A DNA stretch of 64,000 nucleotides from an uncultured Verrucomicrobiota bacterium (GTDB lineage Bacteria; Verrucomicrobiota; Verrucomicrobiia; CAZIPW01), in the NCBI GenBank assembly GCA_964541905.1, contig CAZIRU010000001.1:2870-66869 (forward strand), read 5' to 3'. This document shows, in pieces, positions 10,149-20,188 of the stretch. Below the pieces are notes generated by a model. It ran no database searches and was not told the DNA's origin. It was given only the letters and a program-made list of their open reading frames with translations. Position numbers and translations under genes: made by a program. Each line of letters opens with the position of its first letter. Position 1 is the first letter of the stretch.

Positions 10149-11648
10149 TTATGCGTGGCGACTAAGCTGGGCTTGGAGCAACTCAACCGTCCGTTTGATA
10201 TTCATGTCCTGCTCCATCATGTTCTCAACCGCCTTGCAGGCGTGAATCACCGTTCCGTGATCGCGGCCGCCAAAGTGCTCGCCGATTTCCTGAAGCGCAT
10301 GGGAAGTCAAAAGGCGGCAAAGATACATAGCGACTTGACGCGGGAAGGCAATGCCAGAAGGCCGACGTTTGCTTTGCATGTCGGAAGGGCGCAACTTGTA
10401 GTACTCGATCACTTTTTGCTGAATCTTTTCGATCGTCAGCTGGGCTTGCGCCTCCTCTTGAAGGATGTCCTTGAGCAGGTGCTCCACCTTGGGAAGATCG
10501 AGCACGCCGTTCATGAGATTGGCGTAGCTGGAAACGCGCGTGAGAGCCCCTTCCATCCGGCGCACGTTGCGGGTGATCGCGCGCGCCAAGAAGGAAATAA
10601 TCTCGTCGGAAATTGAGATGCCCAAAAGTCCCGCCTTGCGGCGCATGATCGCCACGCGGGTCTCGAAGTCGGGGACTTGGATGTCGGTAACCATCCCCCA
10701 CTGGAAGCGCGAAACCAAACGCGCCTCAAGCTTGGAAATCTCGCCGGCAGGACGATCGGAGGTCAGACAAATCTGCTTGTTGCCCTCGAAGAGCTCGTTG
10801 AAAGTGTGGAAAAACTCCTCCTGCGTGCGGTCTTTGTCGGCCAAAAACTGGATGTCGTCGATCAGGAGAATGTCCGCTTGGCGGTAATGCTTGCGGAACT
10901 TGGGGAGAGAATGCGTTTCGATGGCGTGGATGAAATCGTTGGCGAACTTTTCGCAGGAAAGATACATCACATTGGCCGACGGGGTGTGGTCGAGAACCGA
11001 ATGCGCAATCGCCTGAAGGAGGTGGGTTTTGCCCAAGCCCGAGTCGCCGTAAAGGAAAAGAGGATTGTAGGCGCGCGCGGGGCTTTGGGCCACCGCAACC
11101 GCCGCCGCATGGGCAAGCTGGTTGGCTCCGCCGACGATGAAGTTCTCGAAAGTATAGCGCGGGTTGATCTGTATCCGAGGCTTTTGTGAAGCAGCCCCCA
11201 GCGGAGGCACCGGCAAACGCGAACGAGCGTCGGCGGCTCCCATGGAGCGCTCGAGGGGCAAAAAAGAGGCCGGAGCAGAAGGGCTCGCCGCAGGAGCAAC
11301 GGCAGTTTTTTCGTCGAGGGTGGTCAGCTTGACCGAAACGCCCTGCCCAAAAAGCTGCGCATATTGCTTTTTTATCAAATCGAGATAATTCTGCTCTATC
11401 CACAAAGCCGCAAAGTCGCTGGGCACCGAAAGAATAACGCCATTGGGGCTCTCCTCCAAACAATGCAAATTGTTGAACCAAGTCTCCATGATGTCGGAGG
11501 GAAAAATGCCTGAAAGGTATCTTAAAACCGTCGCCCAATGGGACGAACCCCCGGCCACGCCACCTGTATAGCCATCCTCCAAGACAGGCGCAAAGCGCTC
11601 CGACTTCTTCTTTTTATTCACATTCGATACAGCTGAGGACGTAAGCAT
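10149..11648 (-). CDS. dnaA: Chromosomal replication initiator protein DnaA
   Basis: AAA+ Walker A LFLYGDSGLGKTHLL, sensor motifs and C-terminal DNA-binding domain (VIHACKAVENMMEQD); start placed at ATG 11648 (ORF track extends to 11729). Confidence 0.95.
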   Translation of the reverse strand: MLTSSAVSNVNKKKKSERFAPVLEDGYTGGVAGGSSHWATVLRYLSGIFPSDIMETWFNNLHCLEESPNGVILSVPSDFAALWIEQNYLDLIKKQYAQLFGQGVSVKLTTLDEKTAVAPAASPSAPASFLPLERSMGAADARSRLPVPPLGAASQKPRIQINPRYTFENFIVGGANQLAHAAAVAVAQSPARAYNPLFLYGDSGLGKTHLLQAIAHSVLDHTPSANVMYLSCEKFANDFIHAIETHSLPKFRKHYRQADILLIDDIQFLADKDRTQEEFFHTFNELFEGNKQICLTSDRPAGEISKLEARLVSRFQWGMVTDIQVPDFETRVAIMRRKAGLLGISISDEIISFLARAITRNVRRMEGALTRVSSYANLMNGVLDLPKVEHLLKDILQEEAQAQLTIEKIQQKVIEYYKLRPSDMQSKRRPSGIAFPRQVAMYLCRLLTSHALQEIGEHFGGRDHGTVIHACKAVENMMEQDMNIKRTVELLQAQLSRHA

Positions 11649-12126
11649 GGCGTGTTCGCGTGAGATTCTCTTGCGAGGAAGAGATAAGGGCAAGCGAAAT
11701 TGTTTGAAAAATAAAGAAATTTTGCACAAGAAAACTACAAAGTGCTTGTGAACATGTACTTGCGAAAATAAAAAGCGTGAACAAGCCGTAAAAAGGCAGC
11801 TTCAGGCTAAGCATTGGAATAAAAAGCACTCAAAGCGGGCTTCTCCGCAGAAAAAGCGAAGCGAGCAAGCGGGATGTAAGTTATTCACAGGTTGTAAACA
11901 CCATCATTTCGTGGCCGTAAACAGCGTGGAGCCCCACGGGGAAACCCGTGGTTCCTTGCGTTACCCACGCAAGGTGCGACATCACGCCGTAGTCAGAAGT
12001 AAACTTGCCACATTCATCAACGCCTAAAGGCGTGGTCTTCTGCGGAGGCGGATAAATACGGCACAAACTCAATCCGCAGGGGGCGAAAGTATCGACAAGC
12101 CTTCGCGCGCTGTTTTAGAGTGCATC

Positions 12127-12696
12127 ATGATCGCGCGGCTAAAAGGAACTTTGTGGGAGAGCCAGCCCTTTCGGTTGGTGGTGGACGTGGGAGGCGTGGG
12201 GTATGCCGTGTGGGTTCCCATTCTCGAAAATATGCCCAGCTTGGGAATGCCGATAGAGCTTTTCACCCATGCCATTTACCGAGAGGACGCCGCCACGCTT
12301 TATGGCTTTTTGGAGCGCGCGCAGCGAGACCTTTTTGTAACGCTGGTCGAGAAAGTTTCGGGAATCGGGCCTAAGACCGCTCTGGGGCTTTTGGCGCACT
12401 TGGGTTGCGAACGGGTTTGGGCGGCAATCGAGGAAGGCAATGTGGCCGCGCTGACCGCCGCCCCCGGAATCGGCAAGAAAACCGCCGAAAGACTGGTTCT
12501 GGAAATGCGAGGGCTCTCCGCCATAAAAGAAAGCGCCCAAACATCCTCAGCCGTAACAGACGCCATTGCGGCTCTGGTCAGTCTCGGCTTTGGAACGACC
12601 GAAGCTCAAAAGAACATCGGCAAATTGGCGGAAAAAATGCCCAAGGCCAGCACAGATGAACTCTTGCGCGCCGCCTTGCGACCGACAAAAAATTAA
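12127..12696 (+). CDS. ruvA: Holliday junction DNA helicase subunit RuvA
   Basis: N-terminus MIARLKGTLWESQPFRLVVDVGGVGYAVWVP and HhH motifs (GIGPKTALGLL, PGIGKKTAERLVLEM). Confidence 0.85.
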   Translation: MIARLKGTLWESQPFRLVVDVGGVGYAVWVPILENMPSLGMPIELFTHAIYREDAATLYGFLERAQRDLFVTLVEKVSGIGPKTALGLLAHLGCERVWAAIEEGNVAALTAAPGIGKKTAERLVLEMRGLSAIKESAQTSSAVTDAIAALVSLGFGTTEAQKNIGKLAEKMPKASTDELLRAALRPTKN

Positions 12697-12714
12697 GATT
12701 GAGCAACGAGGGTC

Positions 12715-13455
12715 TTGCGGCATAGGATGTCCCTTATGACTGAAGAAGCAACTGCCGAAGCCGCTTTGCCGGCGGAGGACCTCGAAAAAGCATTAAAGCG
12801 TTGCCGTCCGGAGGTTTTGCAAGCCGCACAGGCGTATCGCAAAGAAGGTCGGTTGGAGCTTTTGCCAAAGATTGTCGTCGGGGTAATCGAGAGATATGTA
12901 GAGCCCGAACGCCGGTCGCTTTTTGAAAATGGCAACATTCAGCAGCTGCGGTTGCACGAAGATTTGGGCCTGGATTCGCTCGTGATGGTCGAGGTGGTGA
13001 TGACGCTCGAAGAAGTCTTGGGCAAACCGATTCCCGATTCGGAAATCCAAGGGCTCTATACGCTAGGAGACACGCTTGCCTATGCCCACGCGAAAGCAAG
13101 CGGAGCGCCGCTGCCCGTGCCTCCCGAACGGCTGGGAGCCGAAATGCTGCCGGTACTCCTTGGAGGAGAAGAACCCCTCGTTGGAAACGTAATCCTCTGG
13201 ATGAACGCAGCCGAAGGGACTTACATCGGGCAAGCTCCCGCTGAACCCAAAGCACTCATGGATGCGGCCGCGCAACTGGCAAAAGTTTGGGCGCAGCGCA
13301 AAGAACAGCTGCCCAGCCTAACACCGGAGCTCTCCGGCGGGAAAATCGAAATCCAAGCGGAGCTGCCCGTCGCACTGAGGCTTGTCAAAGGCTCGCATAC
13401 CGACATCTTTTATCGGCAAGCGGGAACCCCTCCCAAACTGCTGGGACATCTGTAG
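12715..13455 (+). CDS. Acyl carrier protein domain fused to an uncharacterised C-terminal domain
   Basis: Phosphopantetheine attachment motif EDLGLDSLVMVEVVMTLEE in the N-terminal ~100 aa, followed by ~140 aa without a recognisable motif; stop is 8 nt before the KAS ATG. Confidence 0.5.
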   Translation: MRHRMSLMTEEATAEAALPAEDLEKALKRCRPEVLQAAQAYRKEGRLELLPKIVVGVIERYVEPERRSLFENGNIQQLRLHEDLGLDSLVMVEVVMTLEEVLGKPIPDSEIQGLYTLGDTLAYAHAKASGAPLPVPPERLGAEMLPVLLGGEEPLVGNVILWMNAAEGTYIGQAPAEPKALMDAAAQLAKVWAQRKEQLPSLTPELSGGKIEIQAELPVALRLVKGSHTDIFYRQAGTPPKLLGHL

Positions 13456-13463
13456 GAGCGCCT

Positions 13464-14720
13464 ATGGAGAGAATTTTTATCACCGGAGTGGGTACTGCCT
13501 GCAGCATCGGTTCAAGTTATGCCGAAGTTGGCCGCGCCTTGGGCGAAGGACGCAGTGGTATTGTACCTACGCGCTTCCCGCAAGAGTATAAAGCCGAGCG
13601 CTTTGGTTTGTTTGCGCCCGTGGTGGACTTTAACACGCGTGAAGAGTCGCCCGAGGACTGGACCGGTCCGAACGGCTTTTCGCTGCCGATGGAAGTGATG
13701 CGGAGCATTCCCCCGAGCGGCCTTTATGCTTTTTGGGCAGTCCAAAATGCGCTTAAAGAGGCTGGCTTGGAACCTCAAGATGTTACGGACGGAAAAACCG
13801 GCCTTTATAGCGCCTCGGCGGGTTCTTCAAAGATGATGTATCAGCACCTCAAACGCATGTATGAGCGAGGGGTGATGGCCTCGTCCCCGCTGGGGGTTCT
13901 CTCAAGCGTCGTCGGAACGCTCAATTTTCATTTGGCAGCTTTTTACAAAATTACCGGCCCTACCTGCGGATTCGCCTCGGCGTGCGCGTCCTCCGGCCAT
14001 GCGCTGGGCTTTGCTTTTGACACGCTGCGCGCCGAAGGCGCCGAGCGGATGATTGTCTTGGGGGCTGAAGATGACACGCCGGAAACCATCCTGCCCTTTG
14101 CTCCCATGCGCGCGCTGGCGCAAGGGGCAAGTCTCGATGATTTTCACGGGCCTTTTGATGCCAAACGCAACGGCTTTGTAGGCACCGGCGGGGCCGTGGC
14201 GATGATTTTGGAACGCGAAAGCGTTGCAAAAAAACGAGGCGCCCGGCCCCTCGCAATTATGGAAGGCTGGGGACAGGCGACCGACGGTTATCATCCGGCA
14301 AAACCCCACCCCGAAGGAACGGGGCTCTTGGAAGCCATGAAAAATGCTTTACGGCAAGCCGGACGACAAGCCAGCGAGATTGATTACATCAACGCTCACG
14401 CAACCGGCACGCCCTTGGGAGACGCAGCTGAAGTCAAGGCGCTTGAAGCTCTTTATCCGGAAGGCTCTCCACACATCTCGAGCACAAAAGGACAGACCGG
14501 ACACGGCCTTTCCTTGGCCAGCGTCCTCGAGTCGGCCATTGTCATTTGGGCCTTGCGCAGTCAATGCGTCCCTGGCACAAGTGGCCTAAAAGAGCTTGAC
14601 GGAATTTGTAAAAAGCTCAGTATTCAGGTGGCAGCGCAACCGCTGGAAATGAAGGTCGGCATGACCAACTCGAGCGGCTTTGGCGGGGCCAATGTTTCGA
14701 TAATCTTTTCCAAGGCATGA
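13464..14720 (+). CDS. Beta-ketoacyl-ACP synthase (FabB/FabF/NodE-like KAS)
   Basis: Active-site Cys region GPTCGFASACASSGHA, His motifs NAHATGTPLGD and GHGLSLA; start at ATG 13464 with upstream GGAG. Confidence 0.8.
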   Translation: MERIFITGVGTACSIGSSYAEVGRALGEGRSGIVPTRFPQEYKAERFGLFAPVVDFNTREESPEDWTGPNGFSLPMEVMRSIPPSGLYAFWAVQNALKEAGLEPQDVTDGKTGLYSASAGSSKMMYQHLKRMYERGVMASSPLGVLSSVVGTLNFHLAAFYKITGPTCGFASACASSGHALGFAFDTLRAEGAERMIVLGAEDDTPETILPFAPMRALAQGASLDDFHGPFDAKRNGFVGTGGAVAMILERESVAKKRGARPLAIMEGWGQATDGYHPAKPHPEGTGLLEAMKNALRQAGRQASEIDYINAHATGTPLGDAAEVKALEALYPEGSPHISSTKGQTGHGLSLASVLESAIVIWALRSQCVPGTSGLKELDGICKKLSIQVAAQPLEMKVGMTNSSGFGGANVSIIFSKA

Positions 14721-15931
14721 GCGGGGCGTTTTACAGGCTTTTGATCCTGACCGCATCGACCGGCGGCGGCCATGATGCCCGTGCTGAGGCATTATGCGCG
14801 TGGGCGCGCGCCTTCTATGACGACAAAGTGGATATTCGCGTGCTCAGGCCGCTCGAGGGTGAAGCAACGCCACTGGGGAATCTTGGCGTGGGCCTTTACA
14901 ATCTTATCCAACGACGCGCGCCCTTTTTGCATCACGCGTATTTTTCGCTCATCGAAGTCTTGGGCGATTTGCAAGGACCTTGGTTCTTCGGGCGCAAGGA
15001 ATATGAACGAACCTTGAAGGAATTTAAGCCTCAGCTGGTCGTGAGTTTGCACGATTTTCTTAACAAGGGCTACTTTGAACTGGCGCGAGAGATTTTGGGA
15101 GAAAAAGTGCGCTGCGTGACTTATTGCGGGGAATACGGCACCGGCAAGGGATTTAGCAAGCATTGGGTTTCGACAGCCGCCCACAAATGGATCGGCCGAA
15201 CTGAAGGCGCCCTGCGCGCTGCGTATCGCAGAGGCATCCGTCCCGAGGCAATGGAACGTTTTACTTTTTTCCTGCCTCCAGATGAAGTAGCCGCCCTCAA
15301 AACGCCTCCCTCACGCAAGGCTCTCCGGCTGGATAACTCCATGCTTACGCTTCTTTTTGCCAGTGGACGCAATGGCGCGATCGACAACGTGCGCTATCTG
15401 AAAGCCCTTCTACCCTATCGCGACAAAGTGCAGGCTATCGTTGTCTGCGGCACCAATGAACGGCGGCGGCGCGAGGCCGAAGAATGGCATCACGAGACGC
15501 AATTCCCGATGATTGTGGAAGGCTACTCCTCACGGCTGAGAACACTTACGCAGCTCGCCGACGTGGTCATTTTCAAGGGCGGGGCAAATACGGCTACGCG
15601 CGCGTTTTTTGAGGCGTGTCCAATGTATTTCGACGCGACGGGGGGCGTAATGCCGCAGGAGAGGCTGACGGTGGATTTTTTTGTAAATAACGGCGCAGGC
15701 GCACTTGTGCGCTCGCCCAAAGAGCTTGCCGCAAGAGTGGAAGCGGAGCTGGGCGGGGCGGGACGCCTTTCCGGGATGCGGCTGCGGCTGCAAGCCTTGC
15801 GCGAGGCTTATCGGTATCCGGAGGCGGCAGAGTTTTTTGACGCGCTTTTGAGCTGGGGCTTTTTCCGCGAGGAGACGCGGCGGGCGATTCTGCAAGGAAT
15901 GTCTGAAGAAGAAGTGGGCGCACGCGTATAG
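14717..15931 (+). CDS. Glycosyltransferase, MGDG-synthase-like (GT28-type)
   Basis: N-terminal LILTASTGGGHDARAEAL resembles the MGDG synthase/UgtP N-domain; overlaps KAS stop by 4 nt (operonic). Confidence 0.6.
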   Translation: MSGAFYRLLILTASTGGGHDARAEALCAWARAFYDDKVDIRVLRPLEGEATPLGNLGVGLYNLIQRRAPFLHHAYFSLIEVLGDLQGPWFFGRKEYERTLKEFKPQLVVSLHDFLNKGYFELAREILGEKVRCVTYCGEYGTGKGFSKHWVSTAAHKWIGRTEGALRAAYRRGIRPEAMERFTFFLPPDEVAALKTPPSRKALRLDNSMLTLLFASGRNGAIDNVRYLKALLPYRDKVQAIVVCGTNERRRREAEEWHHETQFPMIVEGYSSRLRTLTQLADVVIFKGGANTATRAFFEACPMYFDATGGVMPQERLTVDFFVNNGAGALVRSPKELAARVEAELGGAGRLSGMRLRLQALREAYRYPEAAEFFDALLSWGFFREETRRAILQGMSEEEVGARV

Positions 15932-15995
15932 GAGGGGGAACAAAAGTGCGCGAGTTTTTTTTGGTAAAATGGATGAGGTTGTGGTAGCGTAAGTC

Positions 15996-17189
15996 ATGCG
16001 GGTGGCGCTTATTTATACTTCGTTCCCCAAAGACTCCGAGACGTTTTTGCAGAGGGAAGCGCGCGAATTTTTGAAGCTGCAAGGGGAGCGCGACGTGGAA
16101 TTTCAGTTCTATTCCCTTTGGGGAGGTAAAAAAAACTTTGAAGGTCACGCCGTGCAGAGGCTGGGGACCGGCGGGATTTTGAAGGCACTCGCGCGCGGGA
16201 TTCTCCTGACCTTCACGAGGCCCTCGATGTGGAAACTTTTCTGGCCAAGGGAAAAATGCTCGTGGGTAGGCTTTTGGGAAAATGCGCTGGGGCTCGCCGG
16301 AGGCGTTGTCTGGGCGCGCGCGCTCGCGCAAGCCGATTGGGTTCATGCCCAGTGGGGAGGAGCCCCCGCCATGTGCGCCTTTGCGGCATCAAAACTCACG
16401 CGCATGAGGTATTCGATGGGGCTACACGCCTACGACTTGTGGGAAAAGGGTGGAAATGCGTTTTTGCGGCAAAAAGTCGAGAAGGCCGAGGCGATTTTCT
16501 CATCGAATGACGCCGCCTTTGAAGAAGTTCGGCGGCGCTTCTCCAGCAAAGAAGCGTGCAGAATTCGTCGGGGGCTTGCGGCGGAACTTTTGGAGAAAGA
16601 GATTCCCCGGCGGCAACGGCAAATGCCACTCGTGCTCGGCATTGGAAGATTGGTCGAGAAAAAAGGGTTTGCGGATTTTATAAAAATCGCGGCGGCGCTT
16701 AAAGATCGCGGGATCGCCTTCGAGGCGGAAATTATCGGAGACGGGCCGCTGCGGGAAAAACTGCAAAGACAGAATGAATGCGCCGGCGCTCCCGTTACGC
16801 TGGCCGGTTGGCGCAACGAGGCCGAAGTCCGAGCGCGGCTCTCAGAGGCGGAACTGATGCTTTTCAATGGGCAAGTAGCCAAAAATGGCGATCGCGACGG
16901 CTTTCCCAATACAATCGGCGAGGCCTTTGCTGCCGGCACGGTCGTCATTGCCAACGATGTCTCCGGCGTCGCCGAAGGAGTCTTTGACAACCAAACCGGA
17001 AAGCTTATGCAAACGCGCGAGATTGGCGCGTGGGCGGAAACCATCCAAGCGCTTTTGGCAGACGCGCCGCTTAAAGAACGACTGCGGCAAAACGCGCAAA
17101 AGTGGGCCCGCGCCAATTTCAATGCGCGCCTGAATGCCGAAGAGTCCCTAAAGCACTTTGACCGCCTCGCGAAAAGCCCGCTCGACTAA
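15996..17189 (+). CDS. Glycosyltransferase family 4 (group 1)
   Basis: C-terminal GT4 signature GDRDGFPNTIGEAFAAGTVVIANDVSGVAEGV. Confidence 0.65.
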   Translation: MRVALIYTSFPKDSETFLQREAREFLKLQGERDVEFQFYSLWGGKKNFEGHAVQRLGTGGILKALARGILLTFTRPSMWKLFWPREKCSWVGFWENALGLAGGVVWARALAQADWVHAQWGGAPAMCAFAASKLTRMRYSMGLHAYDLWEKGGNAFLRQKVEKAEAIFSSNDAAFEEVRRRFSSKEACRIRRGLAAELLEKEIPRRQRQMPLVLGIGRLVEKKGFADFIKIAAALKDRGIAFEAEIIGDGPLREKLQRQNECAGAPVTLAGWRNEAEVRARLSEAELMLFNGQVAKNGDRDGFPNTIGEAFAAGTVVIANDVSGVAEGVFDNQTGKLMQTREIGAWAETIQALLADAPLKERLRQNAQKWARANFNARLNAEESLKHFDRLAKSPLD

Positions 17190-18317
17190 ATCCATATCCT
17201 CGTCGGTATGCGCCGCCGAAATGGCCGTGCGAAGCAAATCTTTGCCGGGAGGAACCGCCGGAGAAAGACTCATCACCGTAAAAACACCGCACTCAAGCAG
17301 CTTCTTCCAGAACGAAAAAACCCTTTGGCGGGAACCCAGCACGATGGGCGTCGCAGGCGTCTGCGAGCCCCAGTAGTCGAGCTTGAGCTCATCCAAAAGC
17401 GCATGGAAGCGCCGCGTATTGGCCCAAAGCCGCGCATGATGCTGCGGCTCGGCTTGAAGCACCTCCAAGGCCGCCAAGGCACACGCCGCCGAAGCCGGAG
17501 GGATGGCCGCGCTAAAAATGAGCGGGCGGCCATGCGTGCGCAAATATTCGATGAGTTCGCTGCTGCCAGCCACAAACCCGCCCACGCTTGCCAAAGACTT
17601 GGAAAGTGAACCGCAAAGCAGGTCGATCCTATCCCCAAGACCAAGCGCTTGCGCGGTGCCGCGGCCTTCGGGCCCCATCACTCCCAAACCATGTGCATCG
17701 TCCAAAACCACAAGCGTGCGCTCCTCGTCCACCGAAGCAAGCAGCTCGGGCAATGCCGCAACATGCCCCTCCATGGAATAAACGCCCTCCACCACGAGCA
17801 TTTTGTCGCGCGGGGCTTCCTCGGCGATGAGGATCGAGCGCAAGTCCTCGGCGCTGTTGTGCGCAAACCGGACAACCTCGGCGCCAGAAAGCGCCACGCC
17901 GCTCATTAGCGACGAATGCAAATTGCGGTCAGCCAAAATAAGATCTCCCTTTTGCGCAAAAGTGCTCACCGCCGACATGCAGGCCAAATAGCCCGCCGAA
18001 AAAACATGGCAGCGCTCCTTCCGCAAAAAACACGCAAGGGCTTCTTCCAGCTGGCGGTGGTAGGCGCGCGAACCATTGGCCATGCGCGAACCCGTGGGGC
18101 TTGACCCCCACTCGCGCAAGGCTTTCTCGCCCGCCTCGATCACTTTCGGATGCCAGCACAATCCCAAATAATCGTTGCTGGAAAGCATGACGTATTCGCG
18201 ACCCTCCAGCCAGACGCGCGAAGCCCTTTGCCGCTCGAAGGTCTTGTAATAAGGAGCGTAGAAAAGCCGCAGCTTTGTCGCATCGTCGGAATGAAATTTT
18301 TTGAGGATGGGACGCAT
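17148..18317 (-). CDS. Alpha-oxoamine synthase family PLP-dependent acyltransferase (serine palmitoyltransferase/BioF/Kbl-like)
   Basis: PLP-lysine motif LCGSLSKSLASVGGFVAG and AOS fold landmarks (VMLSSNDYLGL, LVVLDDAHGLGVMGPEGRG). Confidence 0.75.
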   Translation of the reverse strand: MRPILKKFHSDDATKLRLFYAPYYKTFERQRASRVWLEGREYVMLSSNDYLGLCWHPKVIEAGEKALREWGSSPTGSRMANGSRAYHRQLEEALACFLRKERCHVFSAGYLACMSAVSTFAQKGDLILADRNLHSSLMSGVALSGAEVVRFAHNSAEDLRSILIAEEAPRDKMLVVEGVYSMEGHVAALPELLASVDEERTLVVLDDAHGLGVMGPEGRGTAQALGLGDRIDLLCGSLSKSLASVGGFVAGSSELIEYLRTHGRPLIFSAAIPPASAACALAALEVLQAEPQHHARLWANTRRFHALLDELKLDYWGSQTPATPIVLGSRQRVFSFWKKLLECGVFTVMSLSPAVPPGKDLLRTAISAAHTDEDMDLVERAFREAVKVL

Positions 18318-18364
18318 AAAGACAAAAGCAGGGCAAAAAATGATTTAAAGCCCAACCCGAAGGC

Positions 18365-19387
18365 TTAAGCAAATAGTTTTTGCGCCACGACCGTCCAGCT
18401 TTTGGCCGCCGCAAACTTTTGTGCCGCAAGCGAAAACTCCCTCCAAGCGCGCTCATCCCGCGTCAGCTGCAAAAGCGCATCCAAAAACGCGCGGCGATCT
18501 CCCGGAGGAATCAGAAGTCCCGTGCGGCAATGCTGAAGCGCTTCGCCCACGCCTCCGCAGTCGTAGGCTATCGCCACGCAGCCCATCGCCGCCGCGTCCA
18601 AAAGCGCCAGTCCATAGCCTTCCATCCGGTTTTTGAGCGTCACGGCCGGCAGAACAAAAAATGACGCCCGCGCGTAAAGCAAGCTCAACTCGCCTTCGGC
18701 CACATCTCCCAAAAGACGCACCGGAAGGCCCGCCGAGAGTCTCTGCAGCCTTTGCGCATAGGCCCGATCGCGCGACGGTCCGGCAATATCGTAGGAAAAC
18801 TCCGGCAGCAAACCGCCAGCCATTGCTTCGAGAATCTCATGCTGGCCCTTGCGCGGATGGAGTCGGCCAACGGTTAAAAGGCGTTTTTCTTCGCGCAAGC
18901 CATCAATGAAGGTCAAGCCCGACGAAGGAGCGGCTCCCGTGACCACCAGCTTTTCGGCGACGTGCGGCACGACTGATAGCGCCAACTCGGCCACCGCCCG
19001 CGAAAGTGTGTAAATTTGCTCGGCATGCTCCAACAACTCGCGAAAACGCCGCATGTGGCCAAACGAGAGAATTTCAGAGCCATGCAAAATCAACCGGATG
19101 CGCCGCGAAAGCGTCCACTTCCACGCCCACAACGCTGCACGGATCGCCGCCGCCTCGGCTAAATAGACAACCTCGGCCTCTATCTGGCGCAAAGCGCGGG
19201 AGGCCCGATAGAGATTCGCAAGCGATTGGCTGTGATCGCAGGGCAAGACCACATCCGCCGTCGAAGTCGGCGCCACCAAGAGAGGGCGAATCCCCAGCGC
19301 GCCCGCAGCCTCAAGGCTATAGCGCAAAAAAGATGCCACGCCCCCGACGCGAGGGAAGGCTTCCAATGTTACAAGAGCTACTTGCAC
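18365..19387 (-). CDS. Glycosyltransferase family 4
   Basis: GT4-like C-terminal half (EGYGLALLDAAAMGCVAIAYDCGGVGEAL); co-directional with the AOS gene. Confidence 0.65.
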   Translation of the reverse strand: MQVALVTLEAFPRVGGVASFLRYSLEAAGALGIRPLLVAPTSTADVVLPCDHSQSLANLYRASRALRQIEAEVVYLAEAAAIRAALWAWKWTLSRRIRLILHGSEILSFGHMRRFRELLEHAEQIYTLSRAVAELALSVVPHVAEKLVVTGAAPSSGLTFIDGLREEKRLLTVGRLHPRKGQHEILEAMAGGLLPEFSYDIAGPSRDRAYAQRLQRLSAGLPVRLLGDVAEGELSLLYARASFFVLPAVTLKNRMEGYGLALLDAAAMGCVAIAYDCGGVGEALQHCRTGLLIPPGDRRAFLDALLQLTRDERAWREFSLAAQKFAAAKSWTVVAQKLFA

Positions 19388-19417
19388 CCGACGAGTTTAT
19401 CGAATTATCCTTTGGCT

Positions 19418-20185
19418 ATGCGACCGAAATTTAAAAACGCGCTCGTCACCGGAGGAAGCTCCGGTTTGGGCCGCGCGCTGGCAGAGAATCTGCAAAAAGA
19501 AGGTGTGTCGGTATCGGTCGTTGCAAGGAGGGCCGACGGGTTGCCCAAGGGAACTCGTCATTGGCAGGCCGACTTGGCAGACGCCGCCCAGCTGGCAGCA
19601 CTGGAAGGGCTCATTCGAACGGAGGCTTTTGATTTGATTATCAATGCAGCCGGAAGCGCCGAAATAGTCGAGGCGGAAAGAATCTCGCCGGAAGAAGCCC
19701 AGCGAGCATGGCAGCTGATGGTAGAATCTCCGCGAAGGATCGCCGCAGCAGCATTGCCGGAGCTCCTCAAAAGCAACGGTGCGCTTGTCAACATCAGCTC
19801 GCTCGCCGCTGAATTTCCGATTCCTTATCTCTCGCTTTACAATGCTGCCAAGGCGGCCTTGAGTGCGCAAACGCTCTCTCTTGGCGACGAGCACCCCCAT
19901 TTGCAGGTCTTGGACGTCCGCCCAGGAGATATTTGCACGAGCTTTGGCGCAGCATGGCAAGCGCAAGGCCCCCTAAAAAAACAAATCCTTCACCTGCGCA
20001 AAATGATGGATGCAGCGCCGAGGCCCGAACGAGTAGCGCGGCAAATCTTGCGGGCTCTCTATGCGGGCCGCAAGGGGACTCTTAGAGTGGGTGGCTTTTG
20101 GCAGGCGGCTTTTCTGCCCTTCTGCGCGAGGCTTGTCCCTGAGTCGTGCGTCAATTTTATCAGAAAAAAATATTTAAACGCCTGA
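19418..20185 (+). CDS. Short-chain dehydrogenase/reductase (SDR)
   Basis: Rossmann motif ALVTGGSSGLGRALA and catalytic YxxxK (YNAAKAAL); start at ATG 19418 (ORF track extends upstream into the neighbouring gene). Confidence 0.7.
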   Translation: MRPKFKNALVTGGSSGLGRALAENLQKEGVSVSVVARRADGLPKGTRHWQADLADAAQLAALEGLIRTEAFDLIINAAGSAEIVEAERISPEEAQRAWQLMVESPRRIAAAALPELLKSNGALVNISSLAAEFPIPYLSLYNAAKAALSAQTLSLGDEHPHLQVLDVRPGDICTSFGAAWQAQGPLKKQILHLRKMMDAAPRPERVARQILRALYAGRKGTLRVGGFWQAAFLPFCARLVPESCVNFIRKKYLNA

Positions 20186-20188
20186 GTT

